64,000 nt of DNA from a virus (taxonomy: Duplodnaviria > Caudoviricetes). The notes below the pieces were generated by a model. The model had not been told where the DNA came from, did not search any database, and saw only the letters and a program-made list of their open reading frames with translations. The stretch covers positions 160,001 to 224,000 of the IMG/VR virus record IMGVR_UViG_3300021387_001774; one strand, 5' to 3'. This document shows positions 1-9,845 of this stretch, piece after piece (the stretch's first letter is position 1; each line of letters starts with the position of its first letter). The position numbers and the translations under genes were made by a program.

Positions 1-1146
1 ATAATTTATCTTTCTTAGTTTTGTAGTATATATCGTATCATACCAGAAAGCAATAATATCTTTAATACTAACCTTTTCAACATACTTATTATCATACATT
101 ATATTAGAAATAGGTATAGTTTTAGACAATACTAATTTCTCGAGATCTCTAGCTACTTCGAGTATATTAGCATTCTTATCAAATATAACTTCATATTCAA
201 TATGAATATCATCAACATGTTCTCTAGAAGTTTTAATATCGATAACATTCAGAACTTTAGATAAGACAGCATGTTGTTTTTCGTGATAATTCTTAATCGT
301 GCTTCTAACATCAGCTTCTGTCATATTATATGGAAGATCTTTAATTATAATCTTATTTTCTTCACGATTCACTTCCATAGTAGCTTTCATTTTAACATTA
401 CCAGGAATATTAAACTTATAGCACTGTTCAATTTCTTCTTTATTCAAGATTATTCCAAAGTTAGGAAAATCAGGATAAAAACCATCTACTAGTTCATAAT
501 TCCTAATATTTTTATTTCTTATAAATTTTTCACATATATCTACAACATCGTTAAGATTATGTGGAAGAATTGATGTCATATAAGAATCGGCGATTCCATA
601 TGAACCATTTATTAAAATTACAGGAATCTTAAATGGTATATAAGCTATTTCTTTATCACTATTATCGAAATTAGGAATAAAATCAACATATTCTTCTTTG
701 ATATCTTCACAAACATCATCAAAGAATTCTGATAATTTACATTCTGTATAACGCATTGCTGCGGCAGATTTTCCTAAAACATTTCCCCAGTTACCTTTAC
801 CGAATACCAATGGATAGTTATTTGTCCAATCTTGACTAAGTGTTACTATTGCTTGGTATGCAGATTGATCTCCATGTGGATGGAATCTACCAATTATATC
901 ACCAACAATAGTTGCAGACTTTACTGTTTTCGTATTACTTCTAATCTTCTTGTTAATCATATCATATAAACCGCGACGATATGCTTCAATAAGACCATCC
1001 TTTACATAAGGGACAGCTCTTGAAAACGTCGTTGTAGCATATATGGTTTTATTATCTCTAATCGATCTATACAGTTCTACATCATCGTGTTTTTCTACAA
1101 ACCCTTCAGGTATATCAAATGAAGTTATTATCTTTTGATTTTTCAT
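1..1146 (-). CDS. gyrA: DNA gyrase/topoisomerase IV subunit A (3' end runs off the window; absent from the ORF track)
   Basis: Manual translation from ATG at 1146 (GGAG SD upstream): RAVPYVKDGL, KSATIVGDIIGRFHPHGDQSAY, GKGNWG, AAAMRYTE (catalytic Tyr), PVILINGSYGIA, LPHNL, PDFP, IKDLPY. Confidence 0.95.
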   Translation of the reverse strand, partial: MKNQKIITSFDIPEGFVEKHDDVELYRSIRDNKTIYATTTFSRAVPYVKDGLIEAYRRGLYDMINKKIRSNTKTVKSATIVGDIIGRFHPHGDQSAYQAIVTLSQDWTNNYPLVFGKGNWGNVLGKSAAAMRYTECKLSEFFDDVCEDIKEEYVDFIPNFDNSDKEIAYIPFKIPVILINGSYGIADSYMTSILPHNLNDVVDICEKFIRNKNIRNYELVDGFYPDFPNFGIILNKEEIEQCYKFNIPGNVKMKATMEVNREENKIIIKDLPYNMTEADVRSTIKNYHEKQHAVLSKVLNVIDIKTSREHVDDIHIEYEVIFDKNANILEVARDLEKLVLSKTIPISNIMYDNKYVEKVSIKDIIAFWYDTIYTTKLRKINY

Positions 1147-1193
1147 ACAATATACTCCTTTCTCATTCTTACTACACCTCTATAATATATAAT

Positions 1194-1478
1194 CTATTTT
1201 ATTTCTTTTTTAACACTTACATCATCAAAATTCAGTGTTACTTTAGTAGAAGCATTAGGATCTTTTTCTAATCGTTCTTTCTCTTCATCCGTCATCTTCC
1301 CTAATGCATCATACAAGAAATTACTCTTATGAATCTTTTCAGCATATTCTTTTGTAATCTTCTTCATTTTAAAATGCTGATATATTTTTACACCATAAGT
1401 TACAAAAATAATAATCAATGTAGCATTTCCAAGAAAAAATACTATACCATTATATATTTTAAGTAAAATATTAACCAT
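1194..1478 (-). CDS. small membrane protein
   Basis: 94 aa, N-terminal hydrophobic helix, GGAGG SD. Confidence 0.7.
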   Translation of the reverse strand: MVNILLKIYNGIVFFLGNATLIIIFVTYGVKIYQHFKMKKITKEYAEKIHKSNFLYDALGKMTDEEKERLEKDPNASTKVTLNFDDVSVKKEIK

Positions 1479-1529
1479 TATTAAACCTCCAAATATATAA
1501 AGATGTAATATTACAAATAAATAAAAAAA

Positions 1530-1553
1530 GAGCGGTAGTTTACACTACCGCCC
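1530..1553 (-). terminator. intrinsic terminator
   Basis: GCGGTAGT-TTAC-ACTACCGC stem with an A-run on its left (U-tract on minus strand), downstream of the 1577-2035 gene. Confidence 0.75.
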
Positions 1554-1576
1554 TAGATGACCTTTAGAAGAAGTTA

Positions 1577-2035
1577 TTATTTCTTCTTAGAAACTTCTTT
1601 CTTCTCTTCTTTCTTTTCTACGATCTTCTTAACTGAAGATTCATCAGAATCAGGACTATTTCCTCCACTAAGAATCTTATCAGCAATCTTAAGAACACCG
1701 AGAATTGCTCCACCGATACCAATAGCGGATCCAGTCTTACGAATCACGTCTGTGATTGTATAACGAAGATCTGAACGCTTATTCATTTCTTCTGTAATAC
1801 GCATCAATTTGATGTCATGTTCGCGCTTAGCTTTTTCGGCAGCTTCAACCATTACATTGTTTTCTTTCATGATTTGAGCTTCCATCTCACAATGTGGTTT
1901 TACAACCTCATCATTGTAAGTTTTTGCAAAGCTTTTGATCTTATCAAGGTTCTCTCTTGTTGTGAGTTCCTTGAAATCCTTTGTACCATCGCATTCAAGT
2001 GCGACCTCGTCTTTGTTGATCTTCAATGTGATCAT
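1577..2035 (-). CDS. hypothetical protein (coiled coil, Gly-rich hydrophobic segment, basic tail)
   Basis: 152 aa, AGGAGGAG SD, 4-nt overlap with the upstream gene. Confidence 0.75.
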   Translation of the reverse strand: MITLKINKDEVALECDGTKDFKELTTRENLDKIKSFAKTYNDEVVKPHCEMEAQIMKENNVMVEAAEKAKREHDIKLMRITEEMNKRSDLRYTITDVIRKTGSAIGIGGAILGVLKIADKILSGGNSPDSDESSVKKIVEKKEEKKEVSKKK

Positions 2036-2262
2036 TTGTCTCCTCCTATAAGGAATGTGTCTTTAACACATTTGATAACTATTAATGGAAACCACATGCC
2101 TGTCATGAATACAATCGCGTTTACTTTAGCTGCATCCTTAGCAAGCAATGGTTCATTTTTATTATCGAATATCTTTAAGATCAGGAATTCGATTAAGAAT
2201 CCAACTCCGATCAAAAAGGATACTCCATAATACCATCCCACACAAACAAGAATTTCATTCAT
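2032..2262 (-). CDS. small two-TM membrane protein
   Basis: 76 aa with two hydrophobic stretches, in operon context. Confidence 0.7.
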   Translation of the reverse strand: MNEILVCVGWYYGVSFLIGVGFLIEFLILKIFDNKNEPLLAKDAAKVNAIVFMTGMWFPLIVIKCVKDTFLIGGDK

Positions 2263-2285
2263 AATTCTTGCCCCCTTTGTTATAT

Positions 2286-3110
2286 TTAGTCGATATGAAA
2301 TTTGTTTTTCAAAGCGACTACATTTCTAGATGCTACATCGTGATAGTCAATAATTGTTGTTCCAACGATAGGTTTTTCTTTTCCTTCTGGATCAACGAAT
2401 GTATTGCTTACTACCAGAGCAACATCATAAATGTCTTCAACATTGTCTGTATTATTGAATTTCTTTAATACTTCGAAGAATGCATCAATAATTTCAGACT
2501 GGTATTGAACCATCTTATCAGCCAACTGATCTCTTGACGCAATAAGAATCTCTACACCTTTTGCATTATTCATTGCTTTCATTTGATTGATATTATTTTC
2601 AAGATCATTTACTTCTTGAGTGATCTGAGCAATTTCACTCATATTTTTCATTCCAACAATGACCTGATTATCATCAAACTTAGACAGTGGAGATAAGAAT
2701 TCCATACCTACATCATGAGTAATCAAACCTTTATTACTTGTAATGCAGAATTTTGCTACTGGCTTCTCCATAAATTCTTTTGTAAACTTCTCACTACCAT
2801 GATTACAATCAATAAAACCTTGAAACATCATAGAAATAAACTGAAGAAGTTCATTTCCTTTATCATAATTAAATTTTAGTTCTTTGTCCTTAAATCCACC
2901 ATTATCACAGATAATTACACGGATTGTATCATTAGGACCATTTTCGAGATTGTAGAACTTGTCTCCAAGAATTCTACGTACGCTCGTAATAGGAAGTTCG
3001 AACCTATTAGGTTCCATCTTACTTACTGGCTCCAGTTTGCCAAACGCCTTCTCAACGCTCTCAGCAGCAATGGGACTAGCATTCTTAAAGAAAGAATGTT
3101 GAATGATCAT
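2286..3110 (-). CDS. hypothetical protein
   Basis: 274 aa, GGAGG SD, AATTATATATTAT promoter motif directly upstream (3131-3143). Confidence 0.8.
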   Translation of the reverse strand: MIIQHSFFKNASPIAAESVEKAFGKLEPVSKMEPNRFELPITSVRRILGDKFYNLENGPNDTIRVIICDNGGFKDKELKFNYDKGNELLQFISMMFQGFIDCNHGSEKFTKEFMEKPVAKFCITSNKGLITHDVGMEFLSPLSKFDDNQVIVGMKNMSEIAQITQEVNDLENNINQMKAMNNAKGVEILIASRDQLADKMVQYQSEIIDAFFEVLKKFNNTDNVEDIYDVALVVSNTFVDPEGKEKPIVGTTIIDYHDVASRNVVALKNKFHID

Positions 3111-3152
3111 TACGCTTTACCTCCATAGATATAATATATAATTATTAAATAT

Positions 3153-5732
3153 TTATTTGGTTTTTATATTTTTGAATGGATTGTTATTTTCGTCTATTCC
3201 TGCTTTCTTCATTAAGTCAGGAATATTCTTATAATGTAATCCATCCAAGAACTCGTATGGATCTTCCTCATCAATGTCACCAATTTCCAATCCTATAGCT
3301 GATAAATATGCTACCAACTGTCTAGCTGGTATTGTATCGCAATCTATAGTATCATCATCATATGGTAAATCATGTAAACGAGTTGGATCTGCAAACAATA
3401 ACATTTCTGCACATTCAGATCTCATTTGTGGATCGGTTGATTGTACAGCTAAGAATCTAGAAACTTTCTTTGGATCTACAAGATTTTTAAGGTCTGTATT
3501 ATCCATTTCTGAGAACTGGTTAGCTGTATCACCATAAGGTTTACCAACTTCAACTTTCTTTGCTGACTTATTAGGTAATCCAAGTGGCGTCATAGAACCT
3601 AGAGATCTAACACTAAATGCTGCTGAAGGTAATTGTTTAAGAATCATCAAATAAACATCACCAATTACGATAGGATGTTTAGAAACGAATTCTCTTACAA
3701 TAGTATCTTCATTAAGTCTATATACTTTTGATTTAGATGTATCAAAAGAACTCTTATCTTTACACTGATTCATTATGAAATCATCTTTCTCAAATTGTCC
3801 TTCTAGTTCTTGAATAGTATTGATATAATGAACGAGTTCACTTTCATCATCTTTAGCGTTTCCAATATCTTCATATCCTATTTCATCATCAGACCATACA
3901 TAATCATCTGTCCATGAATTTTCTTTATAATCTTTTGATGATAATTTCAATGGATTCTTTTTCTGATTTCTTGCATCATCCACTGTGTATTCATTAAATG
4001 ATTTCTCTAATCCTAATACAGTTTTCTTTCCTTCTTTCTTCTTTACTACATTTGTACTTGTATCAAATGTATAATTTTCCATAAAATCTTTTACAAATTG
4101 AACTGTTTCTTTTGTATCATATAATGCTGCTATTTCTGGTGTTACTTTGTACTGTTTACACATCTTAACTTTAGATGGTTGAATCTTAAATTTTTTACAA
4201 ATATTCTTTATGAGGTCCCAACCAATTGCACCAAATGCTGGTGGATCATAAACGTATAAACCATTCTTTGATTTATAAAGAGCATCCAAATATTCTTCAC
4301 GTTCTTTCTTCGATCTGTCTCTATCAACATTTTCATTATATTCTCCCCATTTTGGAGACATATATTTAAAATATGAATTCTGAATTTCTATTGCTTTTTC
4401 TGGTGTCGTAGCTTTCTTCATCTTTTCTTCAATCATATCTGATGTGAAGTTAATGTGTTGTTCAAAAACCTGTTGAATATTTGCACGTCCGATAATACCA
4501 TTAGCGGAAGCAATTACATCTGCGCGTCTACCATATTCATCTACAGGCATCATTTCATCAGGCCATATATGTGAAACAACAGCTTTGCCACCACATCTAT
4601 TTGTAGTTTTCATAGCTTGTGTCAATGATTGTGTCTCACAAGTATAAATTGTAATATGTGCAAATTCAAAATTACTATTACTTGAATATTTTACATTTGG
4701 ACTAATATAGTTTCTTGCATTATATAAAGCATTATCAAGTTTGTCAGTTGTACGATTTCTTTTATCATTTACAATTCCTTGTAACACATTAACGATTTCT
4801 TGGTTATATCTAAACTGATCATTATATACTTCAAACAATTGTTGTCTATGCAAGTCTTTCTGTAATTCTTCTACATCATTTACTTTAATATCAATGTCAA
4901 CGACCTTTCCATGTGCTCCAAACTTATTATCTGTATAATAAATATTTGTAAGAGCCATATCTGTAAAATCTGCAGACAAATTCTTCTTATCCATTTTACG
5001 AGTAGCTATAAGAATACCTTTATCAGATACTTCTTCACCAACTACTGGGAAGGATTTATAATTTTTAAGATCTCCATAAATATTCAAAAGAATATCGTTC
5101 TTGTTAATAACAAGTTCTGTTTTAGTAATAAGATCAAATGTTGTATTCTTGGCTGCTGTTTCTGACATTACAATTGCATCATCTTTAACTTCAGGTATGA
5201 GCAAATATGCAACTTTGTAGTTTCTACCATAACGATAATTACCAAATTCATCAAGAGAATTAGCTTTATAAACAAACTCTCCTGGACGAATAGTATTACC
5301 AGGTACTTTATCATCCATATATGAAAATGGTCTTAAATAACCATGTTGATCAGAAAGCTTTTCATAATGTGATACTTTAATTATATCATAATTATTTGTA
5401 CCTATTTCACGTACTACTAACAAGTAAGCAATCTCTGGGAACGATTGATGTCTAACTATTTTAGCAACAATTTCCCAATTCTTTTCTGACTTATAAAACG
5501 AATTTAAATATTTTCCAAACTGATTTTCCCATCCAGTAAATGTTCTAGGTGTTTCTGGGTTCTTTAGCATAATATGCTGTGCATAGTGTACAGAAAACAT
5601 GTGAAGGCGTGGTCCAGATGATTCAAATGGATGTGTTAATAATCCTGTAGTAAATAATTTGTTAACTTGGTCTCCTGAATACTTATCTATCAAATATTTC
5701 ATTTCTTCTTCTGTAATATTTGCGCTATCCAT
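3153..5732 (-). CDS. split multisubunit RNA polymerase beta subunit, C-terminal part (probably non-virion RNAP)
   Basis: RpoB motifs: SSGPRLHM..H..Q, DDAIVMSE, KTTNRCGGKAVV...EMMPVDEYGRRADVI...GIIGRANIQQVFE, IGDVYLMILKQ, QFSEMD (GQRFGEME equivalent). Confidence 0.92.
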   Translation of the reverse strand: MDSANITEEEMKYLIDKYSGDQVNKLFTTGLLTHPFESSGPRLHMFSVHYAQHIMLKNPETPRTFTGWENQFGKYLNSFYKSEKNWEIVAKIVRHQSFPEIAYLLVVREIGTNNYDIIKVSHYEKLSDQHGYLRPFSYMDDKVPGNTIRPGEFVYKANSLDEFGNYRYGRNYKVAYLLIPEVKDDAIVMSETAAKNTTFDLITKTELVINKNDILLNIYGDLKNYKSFPVVGEEVSDKGILIATRKMDKKNLSADFTDMALTNIYYTDNKFGAHGKVVDIDIKVNDVEELQKDLHRQQLFEVYNDQFRYNQEIVNVLQGIVNDKRNRTTDKLDNALYNARNYISPNVKYSSNSNFEFAHITIYTCETQSLTQAMKTTNRCGGKAVVSHIWPDEMMPVDEYGRRADVIASANGIIGRANIQQVFEQHINFTSDMIEEKMKKATTPEKAIEIQNSYFKYMSPKWGEYNENVDRDRSKKEREEYLDALYKSKNGLYVYDPPAFGAIGWDLIKNICKKFKIQPSKVKMCKQYKVTPEIAALYDTKETVQFVKDFMENYTFDTSTNVVKKKEGKKTVLGLEKSFNEYTVDDARNQKKNPLKLSSKDYKENSWTDDYVWSDDEIGYEDIGNAKDDESELVHYINTIQELEGQFEKDDFIMNQCKDKSSFDTSKSKVYRLNEDTIVREFVSKHPIVIGDVYLMILKQLPSAAFSVRSLGSMTPLGLPNKSAKKVEVGKPYGDTANQFSEMDNTDLKNLVDPKKVSRFLAVQSTDPQMRSECAEMLLFADPTRLHDLPYDDDTIDCDTIPARQLVAYLSAIGLEIGDIDEEDPYEFLDGLHYKNIPDLMKKAGIDENNNPFKNIKTK

Positions 5733-5840
5733 TTATACTTTCCTCCATATTGATAGTTTAGCATCTGTATAATATATAAATAAAAAATATGTTAGAATGT
5801 GTGAATCAAAGTTCACACATTCTATTTTAAAATCTATTAA

Positions 5841-6080
5841 TTATTTATTCTTTTTAGCTTCGGCTTCTTCTTGCTTCTTTTTAAAGAAAGCTTCGAATGG
5901 TCTATACTTGTAAGTTCCGTCATCTTTCTTTACTGGTTTTTTCTTATCTTCTTCTTTTGTCTCTTTATTATTTTTCTTTTCAGTATTCTCTTTAGTTGTG
6001 GATACTTTCTTTGTTTTATCATTCTTTTTTGATTCCTTAATTCTTTCCTTCATTTTCTCATCGTTAATTTTGATACCCAT
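5841..6080 (-). CDS. small Lys/Glu-rich protein
   Basis: 79 aa, AGGAG SD, followed by a hairpin terminator at ~5795-5822. Confidence 0.7.
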   Translation of the reverse strand: MGIKINDEKMKERIKESKKNDKTKKVSTTKENTEKKNNKETKEEDKKKPVKKDDGTYKYRPFEAFFKKKQEEAEAKKNK

Positions 6081-6139
6081 AAAATTTACGCTCCTATTTT
6101 TAAGGTTTATATTGTATATGTAATACCTTATTTAATTTT

Positions 6140-7666
6140 TTATTCACCATTAGCCCAACAATATTCAGTATCACCAATCTTTGAAGTCCTATTATCCAAT
6201 TCAAATACTCTTTGAGTATTAGTCAATTCACCATTAGATACCAAGAACATCTCCATATCAGCATCGTTGAAACCAATATTCGGTCCTTCTCTTCTACACA
6301 TAGACATATTAAAGTTATCAGCAATTTCCTGATATTCTTCATCAACTACCCAACCACGATTTACATAAGAAGGATAATCCATAGAATGTGAAAGAATTGT
6401 AGCAACTCTAGCTTCAAATGGAATTTCTTCAAATGTATTAAGATCGGGTGGAGTTTCACGATTGATATATCTACTCAACAAGAATAATCTAGTTGTAAAA
6501 CTAAGAGCTCTTGCAAGTAATGGATTCTCGTGACATTTCTGAAGAAGGTTCTTTCTAGTAAATGATACTTCAGGTAATACACAAAGATGATAATTCATTG
6601 GATTACCTTTAACACCATATAAACCCTCGCTATAAAGAATTTCAAAATCAGTAAGTTCTGGTTTATATCCTGTTTCACCATCGAATACCATAGGATAACG
6701 AATTCCTTCAGGACCATTCTTATTCTTAAGAATATCCATAAGAGAAATCAAACCATGTACAGATGGACCATAAATCTGTTGCTTTTCATTGAACATTCTT
6801 TCCCTAATAGATAGCTGCCCAACACAGAAAGATTGGTACAAAAGTTCATTTCCACCTTTAACTTTCTGATTAAATTTCATACCAGGAAGTTGTGGTTTAG
6901 GAGGATTGTATCTATCAAGTACTGGAATTTCTACAAGGTGGTTAATCATGATTACACAAATCTTTGCTTCACAGCACTTCTTCTTAATTTCATTAATAAA
7001 GATTGTATTATCTTTAGCAATCTGCATAGCATCCATATTAGATGTACCAGCTACTGAATCTGTAGATTTAACATTACCTTCTTTATCGAATTCAAGATCT
7101 GTCTTAGAACGTACTGCTGCAATAGAGTCAATCAATACATAAGTTGTAGGAAGAACTTTGATAGATTCACCAAGAATATTTCTAACTCCTGTATCTACTT
7201 CAAGTTGTTTTCTATTCTTAATTTTCATTTCTGCATATTTAGCAATATCATTGTAAATTTCAATAATAGACCAAGGTTCTGAAACCATATGAACTGTTTC
7301 AGCCATAGTCTGTTCATCCCAACCAGTAAGCTTCTGAATACGATCAGGAGTAGTATGCATTTCAACATTATAGAAAAGAAGATCTGATACAGGACCATAC
7401 CATCTTCTCCAATTATCAATACAACCACCAACTACTTGAATCCATAGAGTAGTTTTACCAACAGCAGAAAGTCCAATTTCTGTATAAGGATTATTAAACA
7501 TTCCACCATTGATAATATCTACATCTAACTGATTAACATGCTCAATGTTTGCAGATAAAATATCAATTGGTGTAAAACCGCTGAATGTACCCAAGTCAGA
7601 ATCAAATGATCCTGCCTTCCTAAAAGCATCATTTACTTTGTTCATTGTGCTTAGCAGAAAGCTCAT
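6140..7666 (-). CDS. uvsX: UvsX/RecA-like recombinase
   Basis: Walker A GLSAVGKTT, Walker B VLIDSIAA, INHL and KGG motifs; long C-terminal extension as in jumbo-phage RecA homologs. Confidence 0.88.
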   Translation of the reverse strand: MSFLLSTMNKVNDAFRKAGSFDSDLGTFSGFTPIDILSANIEHVNQLDVDIINGGMFNNPYTEIGLSAVGKTTLWIQVVGGCIDNWRRWYGPVSDLLFYNVEMHTTPDRIQKLTGWDEQTMAETVHMVSEPWSIIEIYNDIAKYAEMKIKNRKQLEVDTGVRNILGESIKVLPTTYVLIDSIAAVRSKTDLEFDKEGNVKSTDSVAGTSNMDAMQIAKDNTIFINEIKKKCCEAKICVIMINHLVEIPVLDRYNPPKPQLPGMKFNQKVKGGNELLYQSFCVGQLSIRERMFNEKQQIYGPSVHGLISLMDILKNKNGPEGIRYPMVFDGETGYKPELTDFEILYSEGLYGVKGNPMNYHLCVLPEVSFTRKNLLQKCHENPLLARALSFTTRLFLLSRYINRETPPDLNTFEEIPFEARVATILSHSMDYPSYVNRGWVVDEEYQEIADNFNMSMCRREGPNIGFNDADMEMFLVSNGELTNTQRVFELDNRTSKIGDTEYCWANGE

Positions 7667-8360
7667 TCTTTACCTCTCTATTCAAAGAAAAATCTTTTTC
7701 TCGTTTTTCATATACATTATATATATTTAAAGATAATTTACAAATGTGTTTCATATCATAATCATTAAGCCATTCTGTCATTTTATCTGCACTTTCATTA
7801 TTATTCTGCATTCTATTATAAAATTCAGCTTGAGCAATTTCATTTTCATTGAAGCGTTTAAGAAGATCATTCTTTACATATTCTGACACAAAGAATAATG
7901 GTGAAGGTTTATCTTTTTTAGTTCTTGTAAAATATGTATCTGTAGAAAAACCAGAATAATATTTAAACAACAGACTCTTAACAAAATCAGATGTTTCAGA
8001 AATGTAAATCATATATACACGATTTACAAAGTAATTTAAAAATGGTGTTACAGTTCCATTATCATCAAATGTAACATCTGGACGTAATAGATAAGAAATC
8101 AAATCACGATAATGACCACTAACAAACATTTTAACTTTAGAGTTTTCAGAAAACTGAATATCTTTTGATACATAAATACTCAATGATTTATTTATTGCTT
8201 CGTCAATAGCTTCATATACCATAGACATATCAGATTTCTTTTGCTCTGGAGATAATGGAATCATCATTTCGCCTAGTTTTGAACCAAATAATGGTTTTAA
8301 CCCAATATACAATAAAATAAAACTTATAATAATCATAAAGATCATAAAAGTCATTTCCAT
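7629..8360 (-). CDS. membrane-anchored hypothetical protein
   Basis: 243 aa, N-terminal TM helix, stop/start coupled to neighbours. Confidence 0.8.
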   Translation of the reverse strand: MEMTFMIFMIIISFILLYIGLKPLFGSKLGEMMIPLSPEQKKSDMSMVYEAIDEAINKSLSIYVSKDIQFSENSKVKMFVSGHYRDLISYLLRPDVTFDDNGTVTPFLNYFVNRVYMIYISETSDFVKSLLFKYYSGFSTDTYFTRTKKDKPSPLFFVSEYVKNDLLKRFNENEIAQAEFYNRMQNNNESADKMTEWLNDYDMKHICKLSLNIYNVYEKREKDFSLNREVKNELSAKHNEQSK

Positions 8361-8647
8361 TACATACCTCGTTTATTAAAGATGTATCTGAACGTACGTT
8401 CATTCATTGTAAATATTTTTCTTTGCCTATCAATTACTATATATTCCATTGGATGTACAAGAATTGTTTCATCATTGTCTACAAGTCGTAGTTCATCACC
8501 ATCAACAAGTGTACAATCATCACAAAAAGCACCTTTCAAATATTTCGGAAATAGATGTATATTTGTGTATGAAACTTGTACAGCTAGAATAGTATTAATT
8601 GAGGGGCCATTCTGGATATCGAATAGTTCGAACTTGGGGGGTACCAT
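8360..8647 (-). CDS. small phage protein (AVQ...EYIV...F..F family), paralog of 9385-9843
   Basis: 95 aa; motif pattern shared with 9385-9843. Confidence 0.65.
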   Translation of the reverse strand: MVPPKFELFDIQNGPSINTILAVQVSYTNIHLFPKYLKGAFCDDCTLVDGDELRLVDNDETILVHPMEYIVIDRQRKIFTMNERTFRYIFNKRGM

Positions 8648-9407
8648 TTAACAGAAAATCCTCCGTTTTAATATTTTTATAAACATAATTCTCTTTATTA
8701 AAGAACCAAATAAGTGGTAAGTATGGTTTTAGATTAGATTCAAGAATCGTATCACCACACAATATCTCTTTTAGATCCCACTTATACATACAGAATTTTA
8801 TATCTTTCTGCATATTCATTTCAAACATCTTTTGAATATCTTTATGGAGTGGAATCTTCGGTTCTTTTTCACTCATTAATTTATAACGTATAGCATTTAC
8901 AGAATTTGTTTTATCTACAGAAGTTATCAAACTATACAATACATCATTCAGTTTTTCAAAATCAGCATATTCATTATTATAACCAAATATTCTATATTTA
9001 GGTTTTTCTTCAAATAGTTTATAAAGTTTATATTTCTGTTCGAACGAAAGTAGTAACCAGAAATAATAGTTACTACTATACATACAAAGATTATAAACAG
9101 TTTCATCATCCACACCAAGCTTCTTATAACTTTCTGGAAGAATAATTTTACCATTCTCTAATCCAAATGGAGTAAGATGATAAAAAATATTATCCTTATC
9201 TGGATCTCGTTCTTTTCGTTTTACTGTACCATATTCTGATGAATTTTGAGCAATAAATGTATTCTTTTTCATTTTCTCATCAATGATTACTTTTATCTCT
9301 CTATCACTGTAACCATTGCACATAAGAAATCTCATAAAATCAATATATTCATCAGGTACAGAAGCAATGTTTATTAAGCCGTAATTACGAGTTATCTCTA
9401 CCATCAC
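8595..9407 (-). CDS. hypothetical protein
   Basis: 270 aa, AAGGAG SD, in operon. Confidence 0.75.
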   Translation of the reverse strand: MMVEITRNYGLINIASVPDEYIDFMRFLMCNGYSDREIKVIIDEKMKKNTFIAQNSSEYGTVKRKERDPDKDNIFYHLTPFGLENGKIILPESYKKLGVDDETVYNLCMYSSNYYFWLLLSFEQKYKLYKLFEEKPKYRIFGYNNEYADFEKLNDVLYSLITSVDKTNSVNAIRYKLMSEKEPKIPLHKDIQKMFEMNMQKDIKFCMYKWDLKEILCGDTILESNLKPYLPLIWFFNKENYVYKNIKTEDFLLNGTPQVRTIRYPEWPLN

Positions 9408-9843
9408 TAATCTCCTTTTCTAAAGGAATATATGTCTTTTCAAACTCTTCATTCGGAACAGTTGATGTAAATCCATTATCATAAATAACTTCATACTCAT
9501 CATTATTCTTTTTTCTTGCTTTTACTATACTAATCTTTGTATAAATTTTATATTCTTTGTTATCTGGTTCTACGTATCCAGAAAACAAATATTCAAAAGT
9601 TTTAGAATCATAAATAACAAATTCTCCATTATCTAATACAATCCAATCATTCTTTTTGATTTCTAGTTTATTACCATCTTTTAACCAAAGATATGGAATA
9701 GGAAAGAAATCTGGCGAGAATGGTTTTTCTATAATTATTAAGCGTTCTTTACCTACGAACTCTTGTAGTTCTTTTGCATTTATACCATCGAACTTAATTG
9801 CTGTTAATGGTTGTTGTTTTCTCATAACTAAAGTTGTTGACAT
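9385..9843 (-). CDS. small phage protein (RK.P..AI.FDG...NDWIV...GEF...F, plus a YEVIYDNG...FEKTY module)
   Basis: 152 aa, AAGGAG SD, recognisable phage motif pattern. Confidence 0.75.
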   Translation of the reverse strand: MSTTLVMRKQQPLTAIKFDGINAKELQEFVGKERLIIIEKPFSPDFFPIPYLWLKDGNKLEIKKNDWIVLDNGEFVIYDSKTFEYLFSGYVEPDNKEYKIYTKISIVKARKKNNDEYEVIYDNGFTSTVPNEEFEKTYIPLEKEISDGRDNS

Positions 9844-9845
9844 AT

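Noticed and set aside
271-492. Short opposite-strand or alternate-frame ORFs of the track (e.g. 271-492, 1817-2230, 13770-14204, 16054-16521, 59279-59629)
   Set aside because: They are shadows of longer genes that have SDs and recognisable motifs.
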